Assembly: GCA_031362865.1 (NCBI GenBank)
Contig: JANLTH010000033.1
Span: 11,811 to 75,810 of the forward strand
Direction: 5' to 3'
Origin: Burkholderiales bacterium
GTDB taxonomy: Bacteria > Pseudomonadota > Gammaproteobacteria > Burkholderiales > JAEUOS01
Length of the DNA: 64,000 nt
Shown piece by piece: positions 9,211-18,343 of this stretch. How positions within the stretch are numbered: the first letter of the stretch is position 1; each line of letters opens with the position of its first letter. The notes under the pieces were generated by a model that saw nothing but the letters and a program-made list of their open reading frames with translations, ran no database searches and was not told the origin of the DNA. Made by a program: the position numbers and the translations under genes.

Positions 9211-10134
9211 TTAAAAGCGCTGACGGATCAGGAAGAGGGGACGGTTTTGCACTTCTCGGAATATTTTTGCCACGTAAGTGCCGACGATTCCAATGCAAAA
9301 CACTTGCAGCCCAAAGGCAACCAGGCTTACTGAGGTAATTGCTGCAAAGCCTGGCAGATATGCATTCCCCAACCAACGATCAAGAATGATGTACATCGCC
9401 AGCACCAGACCGATAGCGGACATCAACAGCCCACCATATGCAACTATTTGCAAAGGCCGGTTCGTAAAATAAAGCACGCCGTCCAACCCAAGCTTAAGTC
9501 GGCTCCAAAAGGTGTAGGAGGAGCGCTTGTCAATTCGCGGCTGATGCTCTATTTGGATGTATTTCTGCTTGAATCCCAGCCATTGATCCAAGCCTTGGGG
9601 AAATCGGCTCTTCTCCGTCAAGCCATTGTATGCATTTACAAAACGTCGGCTCATGGCACGAAGTGATGAGGTATTTTGCGGCACCGCGAATCCCGTAAGC
9701 AATCGGAAAATCGTGTAGTAGAGCCAAGCAGATGCACGATCAATGAGCGGGCTTTCCCGAACAGAATAAACACCGACGACCAAATCGTAATCATCCGACT
9801 CTAGCACCCGTACGAGCTTCGGGATTTCGTATGGCGGATCTTGCATATCCACATTCATTCGGAGCACGACATCGCCCGCTGCTTCTTGCAAGCCGCACGC
9901 AATCGCAGCGTGCTGTCCGAAGTTTCTAGAAAGATCCATTACTCGGACAAAATGGAATTGCAATTGCGTTTCTCGCAATTGCTCAAGCGACTCATCGCTG
10001 CTTCCATCGTTGATAAAAATCAATTCGAAACCGGATGTTCCTGCCAAAGGAATCATCACCGCCGAAATTTGGTTACAAAATGCTAGCGCAAGATAACCGT
10101 CGTTGTAAATAGGTACGACTATCGAGTACTTCAT
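9211..10134 (-). CDS. GT2 polyprenol-phosphate glycosyltransferase (ArnC/GtrB-like) with C-terminal membrane helices
   Basis: The start at ATG 10134 gives MKYSIVVPIYND. GT2 motifs are present (FINDGSSDES, DLSRNFGQHAAI, NVDMQDPP), with two C-terminal TM segments (LLMSAIGLVLAMYIIL, ITSVSLVAFGLQVFCIGIVG). Confidence 0.8.
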   Translation of the reverse strand: MKYSIVVPIYNDGYLALAFCNQISAVMIPLAGTSGFELIFINDGSSDESLEQLRETQLQFHFVRVMDLSRNFGQHAAIACGLQEAAGDVVLRMNVDMQDPPYEIPKLVRVLESDDYDLVVGVYSVRESPLIDRASAWLYYTIFRLLTGFAVPQNTSSLRAMSRRFVNAYNGLTEKSRFPQGLDQWLGFKQKYIQIEHQPRIDKRSSYTFWSRLKLGLDGVLYFTNRPLQIVAYGGLLMSAIGLVLAMYIILDRWLGNAYLPGFAAITSVSLVAFGLQVFCIGIVGTYVAKIFREVQNRPLFLIRQRF

Positions 10135-10396
10135 AAATGCATGGTTGGAAGCTTCTGATACATCCGCTACTAAACTTAGACTTGGGGAGTAAGTGCATAT
10201 AAATCTGCAGGATTTGTAGCCGCAGCGCATCGCCACAAGGCCCCAAAATCGCTATGTTCGATTCATTCGATTATCGAGAAATGTTTTGGGGGATGCATCC
10301 CAAATCAGAGTTTCCCAATAAATCGATCATACTATATCCGTTAGCGCAGTATGCTTTCTGAACAATTGGTTTGAACAAAGCTGATACCGCAAATCC

Positions 10397-11536
10397 ATGA
10401 CCACGAATTCGCTGCTTAGCTTCAATCGCCCCCATATGACGGGCGCAGAACTTGCCTATATCCAACATGCTCATTCTTCAGGCCAGCTTGCCGGAGATGG
10501 GCATTTCACTCGCCTATGCTCACGCTGGCTGGAGCAGAACACAGGCGCGCGCCATGCGCTGCTTACCCATTCCTGTACCGCAGCTCTTGAAATGGCAGCT
10601 CTACTGCTGGAGATCGCGCCCGGTGATGAAGTCATCATGCCGTCCTTCACCTTCGTGTCAACCGCCAATGCGTTCGTGCTGCGAGGCGGTGTGCCGGTGT
10701 TTGTCGACATACGCCCAGACACGTTGAACATTGATGAAAAGTTGATTGAGGCGGCGATCACCCCAAAAACGAAGGCAATCGTCGTGGTGCACTATGCAGG
10801 AGTGGCCTGCGAGATGGACACAATTATGGCAATCGCGCAGCACCACGGCTTGCCCGTGTTGGAAGACGCAGCTCAAGCACTGATGTCTACCTACAAGGGA
10901 AGACGGCTCGGCAGCATCGGCGCACTCGGGACGCTGAGCTTTCATGAAACAAAAAACGTAGTCTCAGGCGAGGGCGGGGCGTTGCTGGTCAATGACCCGA
11001 CGTTTTTTGAGCGAGCGGAAGTTATCCGAGAGAAGGGTACAAACCGAAGCCGGTTTTTCCGGGGGCAGGTGGACAAATACACCTGGGTGGATGTAGGTTC
11101 ATCGTTTTTGCCCGGGGAAATAGTTGCAGCCTTTTTATACGCCCAGCTACAGGCGGCAGAGCAAATTACGCAAGACCGTCTTCTGATTTGGTGGGCATAC
11201 CGAGCGGCGTTTGAGAACAATGCCGCAACCTTCAGGCCGCCCATGGTTCCGGATGGCTGCAACCACAACGCCCATATGTTTTACCTGATGGCGGACAGCT
11301 TGCGCAGTCGTACGCAGGCGATCAGTTCGTTGGCAACAGGCGGAATACACTCTGTCTTTCATTATGTCCCATTACACAATTCCCCTGCAGGCCGCCGGTT
11401 TGCGCGCGTTGGCGGCACTATGCGCGAAACTGAAAGAGTGTCTGACTGCCTCTTACGCCTTCCGCTTTGGCTGGGATTGCCGACTGATGTTCCTAAGCGC
11501 TGCGCCGAGTTGCTTGACCGGAGCTTTCTTTCTTGA
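10397..11536 (+). CDS. rffA: dTDP-4-amino-4,6-dideoxy-hexose transaminase (WecE/RffA-like)
   Basis: The N-terminus is typical of WecE (FNRPHMTGAELAYIQHAHSSGQLAGDGHFTRLCSRWLEQNTG). Other matches are SCTAALEMAALLL, MPSFTFVSTANAFVLRGGVPVFVDIRPDTLN and SFHETKN. Confidence 0.8.
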   Translation: MTTNSLLSFNRPHMTGAELAYIQHAHSSGQLAGDGHFTRLCSRWLEQNTGARHALLTHSCTAALEMAALLLEIAPGDEVIMPSFTFVSTANAFVLRGGVPVFVDIRPDTLNIDEKLIEAAITPKTKAIVVVHYAGVACEMDTIMAIAQHHGLPVLEDAAQALMSTYKGRRLGSIGALGTLSFHETKNVVSGEGGALLVNDPTFFERAEVIREKGTNRSRFFRGQVDKYTWVDVGSSFLPGEIVAAFLYAQLQAAEQITQDRLLIWWAYRAAFENNAATFRPPMVPDGCNHNAHMFYLMADSLRSRTQAISSLATGGIHSVFHYVPLHNSPAGRRFARVGGTMRETERVSDCLLRLPLWLGLPTDVPKRCAELLDRSFLS

Positions 11537-11637
11537 GAAAGTTGCGTAGTGTTTCTGGACGATCACCGGCATCTTCGGCATCGCACTCAGCTCTGCCTCT
11601 AGAATATGTTTCGCTCCCTCGTTCCCCGCAGTGTACG

Positions 11638-11893
11638 CGCGGCGGTCACATTTACCCCGCAGTATTTCCGACTACAGAGTTACGTTCCCGACCCATGTCA
11701 GAACTTGCCTTACAAGGTATTCCCGCCGTATTTCAATATGCCCTCTTTCATAGTTCGTCGGCTGGTCGACGGTACGCGCGAACGATGGGAACAGTAGCAG
11801 CAACGGATCATTGCGCCAGGTGCCAATTGAGATTACCAACGTGGATGGGCCTGCAGCGAGCGAGCGTGAAGGAAGCGGTCACAACGTTAGTGA
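11638..11893 (+). pseudogene. Remnant of the 3' end of a second, diverged DegT/WecE-type aminotransferase
   Basis: ORF 11533-11928 encodes GGHIYPAVFPTTELRSRPMSELALQGIPAVFQYALFHSSSAGRRYAR..CQLRLPTWMGL. This aligns with the C-terminus of the intact gene (NAHMFYLMADSLRSRTQAISSLATGGIHSVFHYVPLHNSPAGRRFAR..CLLRLPLWLGL). No N-terminal two thirds is present. Confidence 0.65.
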
Positions 11894-13406
11894 CACCACC
11901 ACGCCAAACGTTGGAAATCCTGTGTTGACAGATTCGCAGCTTCGTAGCTCGGATTATTTCGAATTTCGTGGCGACGGAGCTTTCGCGGTAGCTTTCTTGT
12001 ATGGCATCTGCCACTTAGGAATCATTTTTGTCCCAAATTCACTCTTTTGGGACGACTGGCTCATTGCCAACATCAGCCCCGAAATGCTTTTCGACATGTT
12101 CGACAAAACAGGTTCGGGTGTCTGGGTAGGCTGGCTGCTTAACGCGATCATCACAAATGGACTATTCCTTTCCCGAGTACTTGCGTATTTGTTCTACGGA
12201 GTCGCAACGGTCTGTGTATTCTCCCTTTTGAGACGCCACACCCCGGTTGGGGGAGATTGGGCTTTCGTTGTGGCCGGGCTGTTCGCGATATTGCCACTCA
12301 ACACGGCCCGTGTGAGCTTGATAAGCATGCCTTACGCATTGAACTACTGCACATTTTTTCTCGCTTGGCTTTTTCTCCTCGACCGAAGGAAACTTCTTTC
12401 GGGCAGTCTTTTCTTTTTCAGTTTCTTCACCGCGTCAACACTAGTCTTTTTTGCCCTGCCGATAGCACACCTGTACGCCAAAACGCAATCAAGAATTAGT
12501 ATTCGCGGTGTGGTTCGCTTTGGGCTGGGAAACGCAGGCATTCTCGCGATACCCTTCATTTTTTTTGCGCTCAAGCGATCATTTTTCGTACCCTACGGAA
12601 ACTACGCCGGCTACAACCAAAATTTCTACTGGGATGGCCTCGCCACGCGTTTTGTGCGTTCGTTCGACGACTTTCTGCCTTACGAAATTCAGTGGGGCTA
12701 TGTTCTCTTTCTGTTGATCCCCGTTTGGCTAATGTCCCGCCGACTTAGTCTCACACTTGACCGCAAACTACCCTTCTCCTTTGCACTTTTCGGCATCGGC
12801 GCGGTAGCACTGGTGCTGGCAATGTTTCCGTATCTGATCGTAGGCCACATCCCTACGTTTTGGGAGTGGACCTCGCGGCACCAGTTACTCATGCCGCTCG
12901 GAATCGCGCTTCTAATGGCCGGGTTTCTTGGGGTACTGCCAAACGCAATCCGAACCGTAGCATTTTGTATTCTCATTTCGCTATGCGCTGCGGCAAATCT
13001 GGCTCACTACGTCAGTGTTTGGAAGGATGCGAACAAGCAGGAGAAGCTCCTTGTCGAGATGAAAAAGCTGCCAAATCCGGTGGAGATCACGCTTTACTTG
13101 TTCGACGACAAGACTCCCAACGCCTTGCGTCGCCACTACCGCCAGTACGAATGGACCGGAATGCTGAAGCGTATTCATGGTGACGAGACGCGGTTCGGCA
13201 TCGGCATCCAAGAAGCGCCGAACTACGCCAGGGGTGAGTACGACAAATTGTTTGTAGCTCAGTACCTGGCATCCGGTCATCGCCGCACGAGTACCGCAGC
13301 GCTGCTGGTCGAGGTAAAGAAAGTGAGGCCTCCAAACTGCCGAGCATTCTGCGTAGCGAACTACGAGTTGCATGCAAAGCCGGTGTTAAACGAAACAAAG
13401 CCATGA
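11811..13406 (+). CDS. Polytopic membrane protein, GT-C-like (ArnT/Gtr-type candidate periplasmic glycosyltransferase); start uncertain
   Basis: There are about 11 hydrophobic segments followed by a soluble C-terminal domain of about 130 aa. An acidic WDDW motif lies directly after the first helix (AFAVAFLYGICHLGIIFVPNSLFWDDW). The 5' end overlaps the transaminase remnant, so GTG 11922 or TTG 11925 are alternative starts. Confidence 0.5.
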   Translation: MRQVPIEITNVDGPAASEREGSGHNVSDTTTPNVGNPVLTDSQLRSSDYFEFRGDGAFAVAFLYGICHLGIIFVPNSLFWDDWLIANISPEMLFDMFDKTGSGVWVGWLLNAIITNGLFLSRVLAYLFYGVATVCVFSLLRRHTPVGGDWAFVVAGLFAILPLNTARVSLISMPYALNYCTFFLAWLFLLDRRKLLSGSLFFFSFFTASTLVFFALPIAHLYAKTQSRISIRGVVRFGLGNAGILAIPFIFFALKRSFFVPYGNYAGYNQNFYWDGLATRFVRSFDDFLPYEIQWGYVLFLLIPVWLMSRRLSLTLDRKLPFSFALFGIGAVALVLAMFPYLIVGHIPTFWEWTSRHQLLMPLGIALLMAGFLGVLPNAIRTVAFCILISLCAAANLAHYVSVWKDANKQEKLLVEMKKLPNPVEITLYLFDDKTPNALRRHYRQYEWTGMLKRIHGDETRFGIGIQEAPNYARGEYDKLFVAQYLASGHRRTSTAALLVEVKKVRPPNCRAFCVANYELHAKPVLNETKP

Positions 13407-13764
13407 GAGCCGTCACCGCGATGGCTTGCCGCACGGAAAGCGGTACTGCGACAACGGGAACCCACTACCTGGGATGGGCGGGCGAAAGCTAGAATGGGGG
13501 CCTTGTTGAGGCTCGGCTTATTCGCTTCAAGAAGCAAACGTGGGCGGTTCCCGCGTGACGCAAAGTTCGTGACCAAGCTCCGAGCAAGTGCCATACCGAA
13601 CCCAGCCGATGCCCAGAGTTTGCAGTCGAATAGACTCCTCAGAGGAGAGACAATGAAGACGAGCGATTCGTTGAAAATGCAGGGCACGTCCTCGATATGT
13701 GGCATCGCCGCCTCCCGAGTCGTGGTGTATCGGGCAGCGAAACACTTTCGACGCTGCATCTGAG

Positions 13765-15033
13765 ATGGCGTTGTTTCGTCAAACCTCGGTATATCTGTTG
13801 GGCAATGTTCTCAATGCGGGGATTCCTTTTCTGCTCATGCCAGTCCTGACCCGTGTTCTGACACCGGGGGACTATGGCATCGTCACCATGTTTGCGGTTA
13901 TGCTGAGTGTCGCTGGCGCTTTCACGGGGTTGAGCGTGCATGGTGCGGTCCAAGTGAGATTCGTTCAGCTCGGTCGGACAGAGTTGGCCGAGTACGTGGG
14001 GGTATGCCTTGGCATTCTCGCGCTCAGCACTGCGGTCGTGTTGCTTCTCGTAGGAGCATTTGGTGACGCACTTGCGGCTGCAACAGGCTTGCCGCCAAAA
14101 TGGCTGCTTCTCGCCGTACTGCTCGCAGCACTCCAATTTGTCGGTAACATTCGCCTTTCGCTGTGGCAGGCGAATGGGGCTGCCTGGAAATACGGTGGTT
14201 ATCAGATCGTGCAAAGCGCGCTCAATGCCGTGATTTCTCTAGGGCTGGTTCTGCTGGCGGGCTGGGCGTGGGAAGGGCGCATCGCCGGACAGGCCGTCGC
14301 GATTATTCTCTGTGGCAGCGTCGCAGTGCTTTGGTTGCGCGCAGATGGTTTTGTTCGACGGCCGTCCGCGTGGAAGGAGCAGTCGCGCGATGCCCTCAGA
14401 TTCGGCCTGCCGCTGATCCCGCATGTGATTGGTGGGATCCTAATTGTGGCAACCGACCGCTTCGTCATTGTCGAGGCACTTGATGTCTCCCAAGCGGGTA
14501 TTTATATGGTGGCATTGCAAGTTGGACAAGGTTTAGGATTGATCACTGAATCATTCAACAGATCTTTCGCGCCTTGGCTCCTGGCAAAACTTGCGTCTGA
14601 CAAAGAACTACTGAAAATTCAGATGGTGCGAGGTACGTATTTGTATTTCGGTGCGGTGATCGCGTGCGCTGTTGTTCTTGGACTGGTCGCGCCATCGCTC
14701 CTCAGCATTTTGGTCGGGAAATCATTCCAGGCCGCAGCGCCGCTCGTGCTGTATACATCGCTGGGCTTTGCTTTCGGCGGCTGTTACTACATGGTGACCA
14801 ATTACATATTCTTCAAAAGCAAGACCTCGCACCTTGCGATTGTCACTTTTGTGGTCGGCTTGATCAATATACCTCTGATGATCTGGTTCGTCGGGAGGCA
14901 AGGCATTCTCGGTGCCGCTCAAGCATTTATGTTCACCCAACTGCTGAGTTTTTTGGGGACGTGGTGGTTGGCTCAGCGAAACGTCCCCATGCCATGGTGG
15001 AATGCCGTCTTCGCACGCTCCGCCAGTCACTGA
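13765..15033 (+). CDS. wzx: Wzx-type oligosaccharide flippase (polysaccharide biosynthesis protein / MOP superfamily)
   Basis: ATG at 13765 gives MALFRQTSVYLLGNVLNAGIPFLLMPVLTRVLTPGDYG, a typical Wzx N-terminus. About 12 TM segments follow. Confidence 0.75.
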   Translation: MALFRQTSVYLLGNVLNAGIPFLLMPVLTRVLTPGDYGIVTMFAVMLSVAGAFTGLSVHGAVQVRFVQLGRTELAEYVGVCLGILALSTAVVLLLVGAFGDALAAATGLPPKWLLLAVLLAALQFVGNIRLSLWQANGAAWKYGGYQIVQSALNAVISLGLVLLAGWAWEGRIAGQAVAIILCGSVAVLWLRADGFVRRPSAWKEQSRDALRFGLPLIPHVIGGILIVATDRFVIVEALDVSQAGIYMVALQVGQGLGLITESFNRSFAPWLLAKLASDKELLKIQMVRGTYLYFGAVIACAVVLGLVAPSLLSILVGKSFQAAAPLVLYTSLGFAFGGCYYMVTNYIFFKSKTSHLAIVTFVVGLINIPLMIWFVGRQGILGAAQAFMFTQLLSFLGTWWLAQRNVPMPWWNAVFARSASH

Positions 15034-15043
15034 AAGTACCAAG

Positions 15044-16024
15044 ATGAAGAGAGTATTGGTTACCGGCGCCGATGGTTTTATCGGATCTCACCTCACTGAA
15101 ATGCTGGTCAGAGAAGGCTATCAAGTACGGGCACTGTCCCAGTACAACTCATTTAACAACTGGGGATGGCTTGAAGATATCGCGCACTTGGCCGAGATCG
15201 AAGTGATCAGCGGAGACGTACGCGACCCCCATTTTTGCCGACATGCAGTAAAGGACATGGGCATCGTGTTCCACCTCGCCGCTTTGATTGCGATTCCGTA
15301 TTCTTATCTGGCACCGAATAGCTACGTTGACACGAACGTGAGTGGCACACTTCACATTTGTCAGGCTGCCCTGGATCATGGGGTTTCCCGGGTGATTCAT
15401 ACCTCGACGAGCGAGGTCTACGGCACCGCGCAATACGTGCCGATCAATGAACGCCATCCACTACAGGCGCAATCCCCTTACAGTGCGTCAAAAATTGCTG
15501 CGGATGCCATGGCGATGAGCTTCTTCAACGCGTTTTCGCTGCCAGTCACAATCGCACGTCCATTCAATACTTACGGGCCGCGCCAATCAGCTCGCGCGGT
15601 CATCCCGACCATCATCACTCAGATTGCCAGTGGCATGAAGGAGATCAAGCTGGGCGACGTGTCGCCTACTCGTGACTTCAATTATGTGGAGGACACCTGC
15701 CGCGGCTTCATCGCGTTGGCACAAGCGGATTCTGCGATTGGGCACACCGTGAATATTGGGTCCAATTTCGAAATCTCGGTCCGCGACACGCTGAAACTGA
15801 TCCGTGAACTGATGGGCAAAGATGTCGAATTTGTCGAAGACGCGCAACGCCTTCGGCCAGAGAAATCGGAAGTCCATCGGTTATGGTGTGACAATTCGCT
15901 CATTCACTCCCTCACAGGCTTCGCGCCGCAGTATTCGATTCGCGAGGGGTTGGAAAGAACCATTGATTGGTTCACAGAACCAAAGAATCTGGCAAAGTAC
16001 AAGGCCAACATCTATAACGTATAG
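15044..16024 (+). CDS. NAD-dependent nucleotide-sugar 4,6-dehydratase (LegB-like, extended SDR)
   Basis: The product begins MKRVLVTGADGFIGSHLTEMLVREGYQVRALSQYNSFNNWGWLE and has a YSASK catalytic motif. It is the first gene of the nonulosonic-acid block. Confidence 0.75.
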   Translation: MKRVLVTGADGFIGSHLTEMLVREGYQVRALSQYNSFNNWGWLEDIAHLAEIEVISGDVRDPHFCRHAVKDMGIVFHLAALIAIPYSYLAPNSYVDTNVSGTLHICQAALDHGVSRVIHTSTSEVYGTAQYVPINERHPLQAQSPYSASKIAADAMAMSFFNAFSLPVTIARPFNTYGPRQSARAVIPTIITQIASGMKEIKLGDVSPTRDFNYVEDTCRGFIALAQADSAIGHTVNIGSNFEISVRDTLKLIRELMGKDVEFVEDAQRLRPEKSEVHRLWCDNSLIHSLTGFAPQYSIREGLERTIDWFTEPKNLAKYKANIYNV

Positions 16025-16028
16025 CCCG

Positions 16029-17183
16029 ATGATCAACTTGTTTATTGAAATGGTGCGGGAAGAATACCGGAGCACTGACTTCATTCCCCTGCATGCACCG
16101 ATATTTTCCGGGCGTGAGCGCGAGTACGTGTTAGACACCATCGACTCGACCTACGTATCGAGCGTGGGAGCGTATGTTGATCGCTTCGAGCAGCAGACCG
16201 CAGCGTATGTTGGTTGTCCCAAAGCCGTGGCGACGGTAAACGGAACGGCAGCCCTGCATATCGCGCTGCTTTTGGCTGGAGTTCAGAGGGAGGATTTGGT
16301 CATTACGCAGCCCCTGACCTTTGTAGCCACGTGCAACGCCATAGCCTACTGCGGGGCTACGCCGATATTTGTTGATGTGGACCAGCATACACTTGGATTG
16401 TCGCCTCAAGCTTTGGACGACTGGCTAAACTCCAATGCCTTGGTGACGGATGCCGGCGTTTGTATCGCCCGTGAAAGTGGGCGCACAATCAGAGCGTGCT
16501 TGCCAATGCACACTTTTGGGCATCCAGTTGCCTTGGACGCGCTGATTGCGGTGTGCAGCAAATGGCACTTGGCGCTCATAGAGGATGCTGCGGAATCATT
16601 GGGAAGCCTTTATCACGGTCGCCACACGGGTACCTTTGGCATGCTGGGCACACTAAGCTTTAATGGCAACAAGATCATTACTACGGGTGGGGGGGGCATG
16701 GTGCTTGCTGATGCGGCACTGGGACTCAGAGCGAAGCACCTCACTACCACCGCCAAGCTGCCGCATTCCTACGAATTCGTGCATGATGAGATCGGCTACA
16801 ACTTCAGATTGCCCAACCTCAATGCCGCTTTAGGTTGTGCACAACTTGAACAGTTGGAGTCGTTTGTCGAGAGTAAGCGTCGGTTGGCCGCCAAGTACCA
16901 GGCCCTTTTCGCAAACAGTGCTTACACATTTATTAGAGAACCAGAGGGTTGCCGATCCAACTACTGGCTCAATGGGGTCGTTTGCGAAGACCGGTCGGCA
17001 CGGGACGCGCTGCTCGAAGCAACTAACAGTCAGCAGGTAATGACCCGTCCAATATGGACTCTCATGACGCAATTGCGTGCGTTTGCGCATTGCGATCACG
17101 GGCCGTTGGATACCGCAGAGTGGTTGAGCGCACGGGTTGTAAACCTCCCAAGCTCCGTAGTGGAACACCAGCTCGACGCATGA
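16029..17183 (+). CDS. DegT-family PLP aminotransferase (LegC/PglE-like)
   Basis: ATG at 16029. Family motifs are FIPLHAPIFSGREREYVLDTIDSTYVSS, LIEDAAESLGS and SFNGNKIITTGGGG. Confidence 0.8.
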   Translation: MINLFIEMVREEYRSTDFIPLHAPIFSGREREYVLDTIDSTYVSSVGAYVDRFEQQTAAYVGCPKAVATVNGTAALHIALLLAGVQREDLVITQPLTFVATCNAIAYCGATPIFVDVDQHTLGLSPQALDDWLNSNALVTDAGVCIARESGRTIRACLPMHTFGHPVALDALIAVCSKWHLALIEDAAESLGSLYHGRHTGTFGMLGTLSFNGNKIITTGGGGMVLADAALGLRAKHLTTTAKLPHSYEFVHDEIGYNFRLPNLNAALGCAQLEQLESFVESKRRLAAKYQALFANSAYTFIREPEGCRSNYWLNGVVCEDRSARDALLEATNSQQVMTRPIWTLMTQLRAFAHCDHGPLDTAEWLSARVVNLPSSVVEHQLDA

Positions 17184-18343
17184 GCAGGAAAGTTGCCGTC
17201 TTTACCGGGAATCGAGCGGAGTATGGCCTGCTCTACTGGCTCCTGCGCGAGGTGCAAGCGAGTGAATCACTTGACCTCCAGTTAATCGTTGGAGCCATGC
17301 ATTTTTCACCCGAATTCGGTGAGACCTGGAGGCAGATCGTGGCTGACGGGTTCGCGATTGATGCTCGCATTGAAATGCTTTTGTCCTCAAATTCAAGTGT
17401 CGGTGTCGTCAAATCCATCGGGCTAGGTACTATCAGTGCCGCCGACGCGTTTGCGCGGCTCCAGCCAGACCTGTTGGTAATTCTTGGCGACCGCTTTGAG
17501 GCGCTCTCACTAGCCCAAGCTGCGCTGATCATGCAGATTCCGATCGCACACATCCATGGCGGGGAGATCACGGAGGGCGCTTACGATGACGCGATTCGGC
17601 ATGCAATTACCAAAATGGCGAGCATTCATTTCGTCGCCGCAGAGCCTTACCGACGGCGCGTGATTCAAATGGGAGAGTTGGATACTTGCGTACATAACTT
17701 TGGGTCGCTGGGCATCGAAAGTGCGAGGCGAACCCCCCTAATGTCGAAGCAAGCGTTGGCGAATAGCTTGGATTTTGAGATGAAGGGTGACTACTTCTTG
17801 ATTACGTACCATCCAGCGACGGCCGCCGATGAGGACCCGGAAGTAGTCATTCGGGATATCTTGCTTGCTTTAGACACTTTTGCCGACTATCAATTGCTAT
17901 TTACGTACCCGAATGGCGACAACGGCGGCTGGTCGATTATTTCTGCGCTTGATGAATACGTGCGTACTCATCATGGCCGAGCGATAGCGGTGAAATCCAT
18001 GGGGCATGCTCGATACCTTGGTGCGATGAAATCAGCCGCTGCGGTAGTTGGTAATTCGTCGAGCGGCATCATTGAAGCGCCTTCGTTTGGCGTCCCAACC
18101 GTCAATATTGGTAGCCGACAGGGAGGTCGCCTCAGTGCTACGTCTGTGTTGCATTGCGCACCCACACGCGAAGCCATCAGCCAAGCCATCGCGCAGGCTG
18201 TCGACCCCGAATTCGTGGCCGCGTGTCGGGATGTTAAGAATCCTTACGGCAGTGGCTCGACATCAACGAAAATTGCACGGCTTCTCGAAATTTGCACGCT
18301 GGGACGGAAATCCCGTTTCAAAGACTTGGAGGACTTTGGATGA
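17180..18343 (+). CDS. neuC: UDP/GDP-N-acetylglucosamine-type 2-epimerase (hydrolysing), NeuC/LegG-like
   Basis: ATG 17180 overlaps the previous stop. Matches are KVAVFTGNRAEYGLLYWLL, LGDRFEALS, HIHGGE and NSSSGIIEAPSFGVPTVNIG. Confidence 0.85.
   Translation: MSRKVAVFTGNRAEYGLLYWLLREVQASESLDLQLIVGAMHFSPEFGETWRQIVADGFAIDARIEMLLSSNSSVGVVKSIGLGTISAADAFARLQPDLLVILGDRFEALSLAQAALIMQIPIAHIHGGEITEGAYDDAIRHAITKMASIHFVAAEPYRRRVIQMGELDTCVHNFGSLGIESARRTPLMSKQALANSLDFEMKGDYFLITYHPATAADEDPEVVIRDILLALDTFADYQLLFTYPNGDNGGWSIISALDEYVRTHHGRAIAVKSMGHARYLGAMKSAAAVVGNSSSGIIEAPSFGVPTVNIGSRQGGRLSATSVLHCAPTREAISQAIAQAVDPEFVAACRDVKNPYGSGSTSTKIARLLEICTLGRKSRFKDLEDFG

Noticed and set aside
10290-10301. The 12-bp palindrome GGGATGCATCCC in the AT-rich divergent GT2 / transaminase promoter region.
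   Set aside because: It is short and unique in the window, and I have no partner regulator or second site to support a function. It is noted only as a possible operator.
13494-13763. An 89-aa ORF in the 358-bp gap between the GT-C-like gene and wzx.
   Set aside because: It has no recognisable domain or ribosome-binding site. The region is more likely the promoter or leader of the wzx-legionaminic operon. I looked there for a JUMPStart/ops-like GGCGGTAG element and did not find one.
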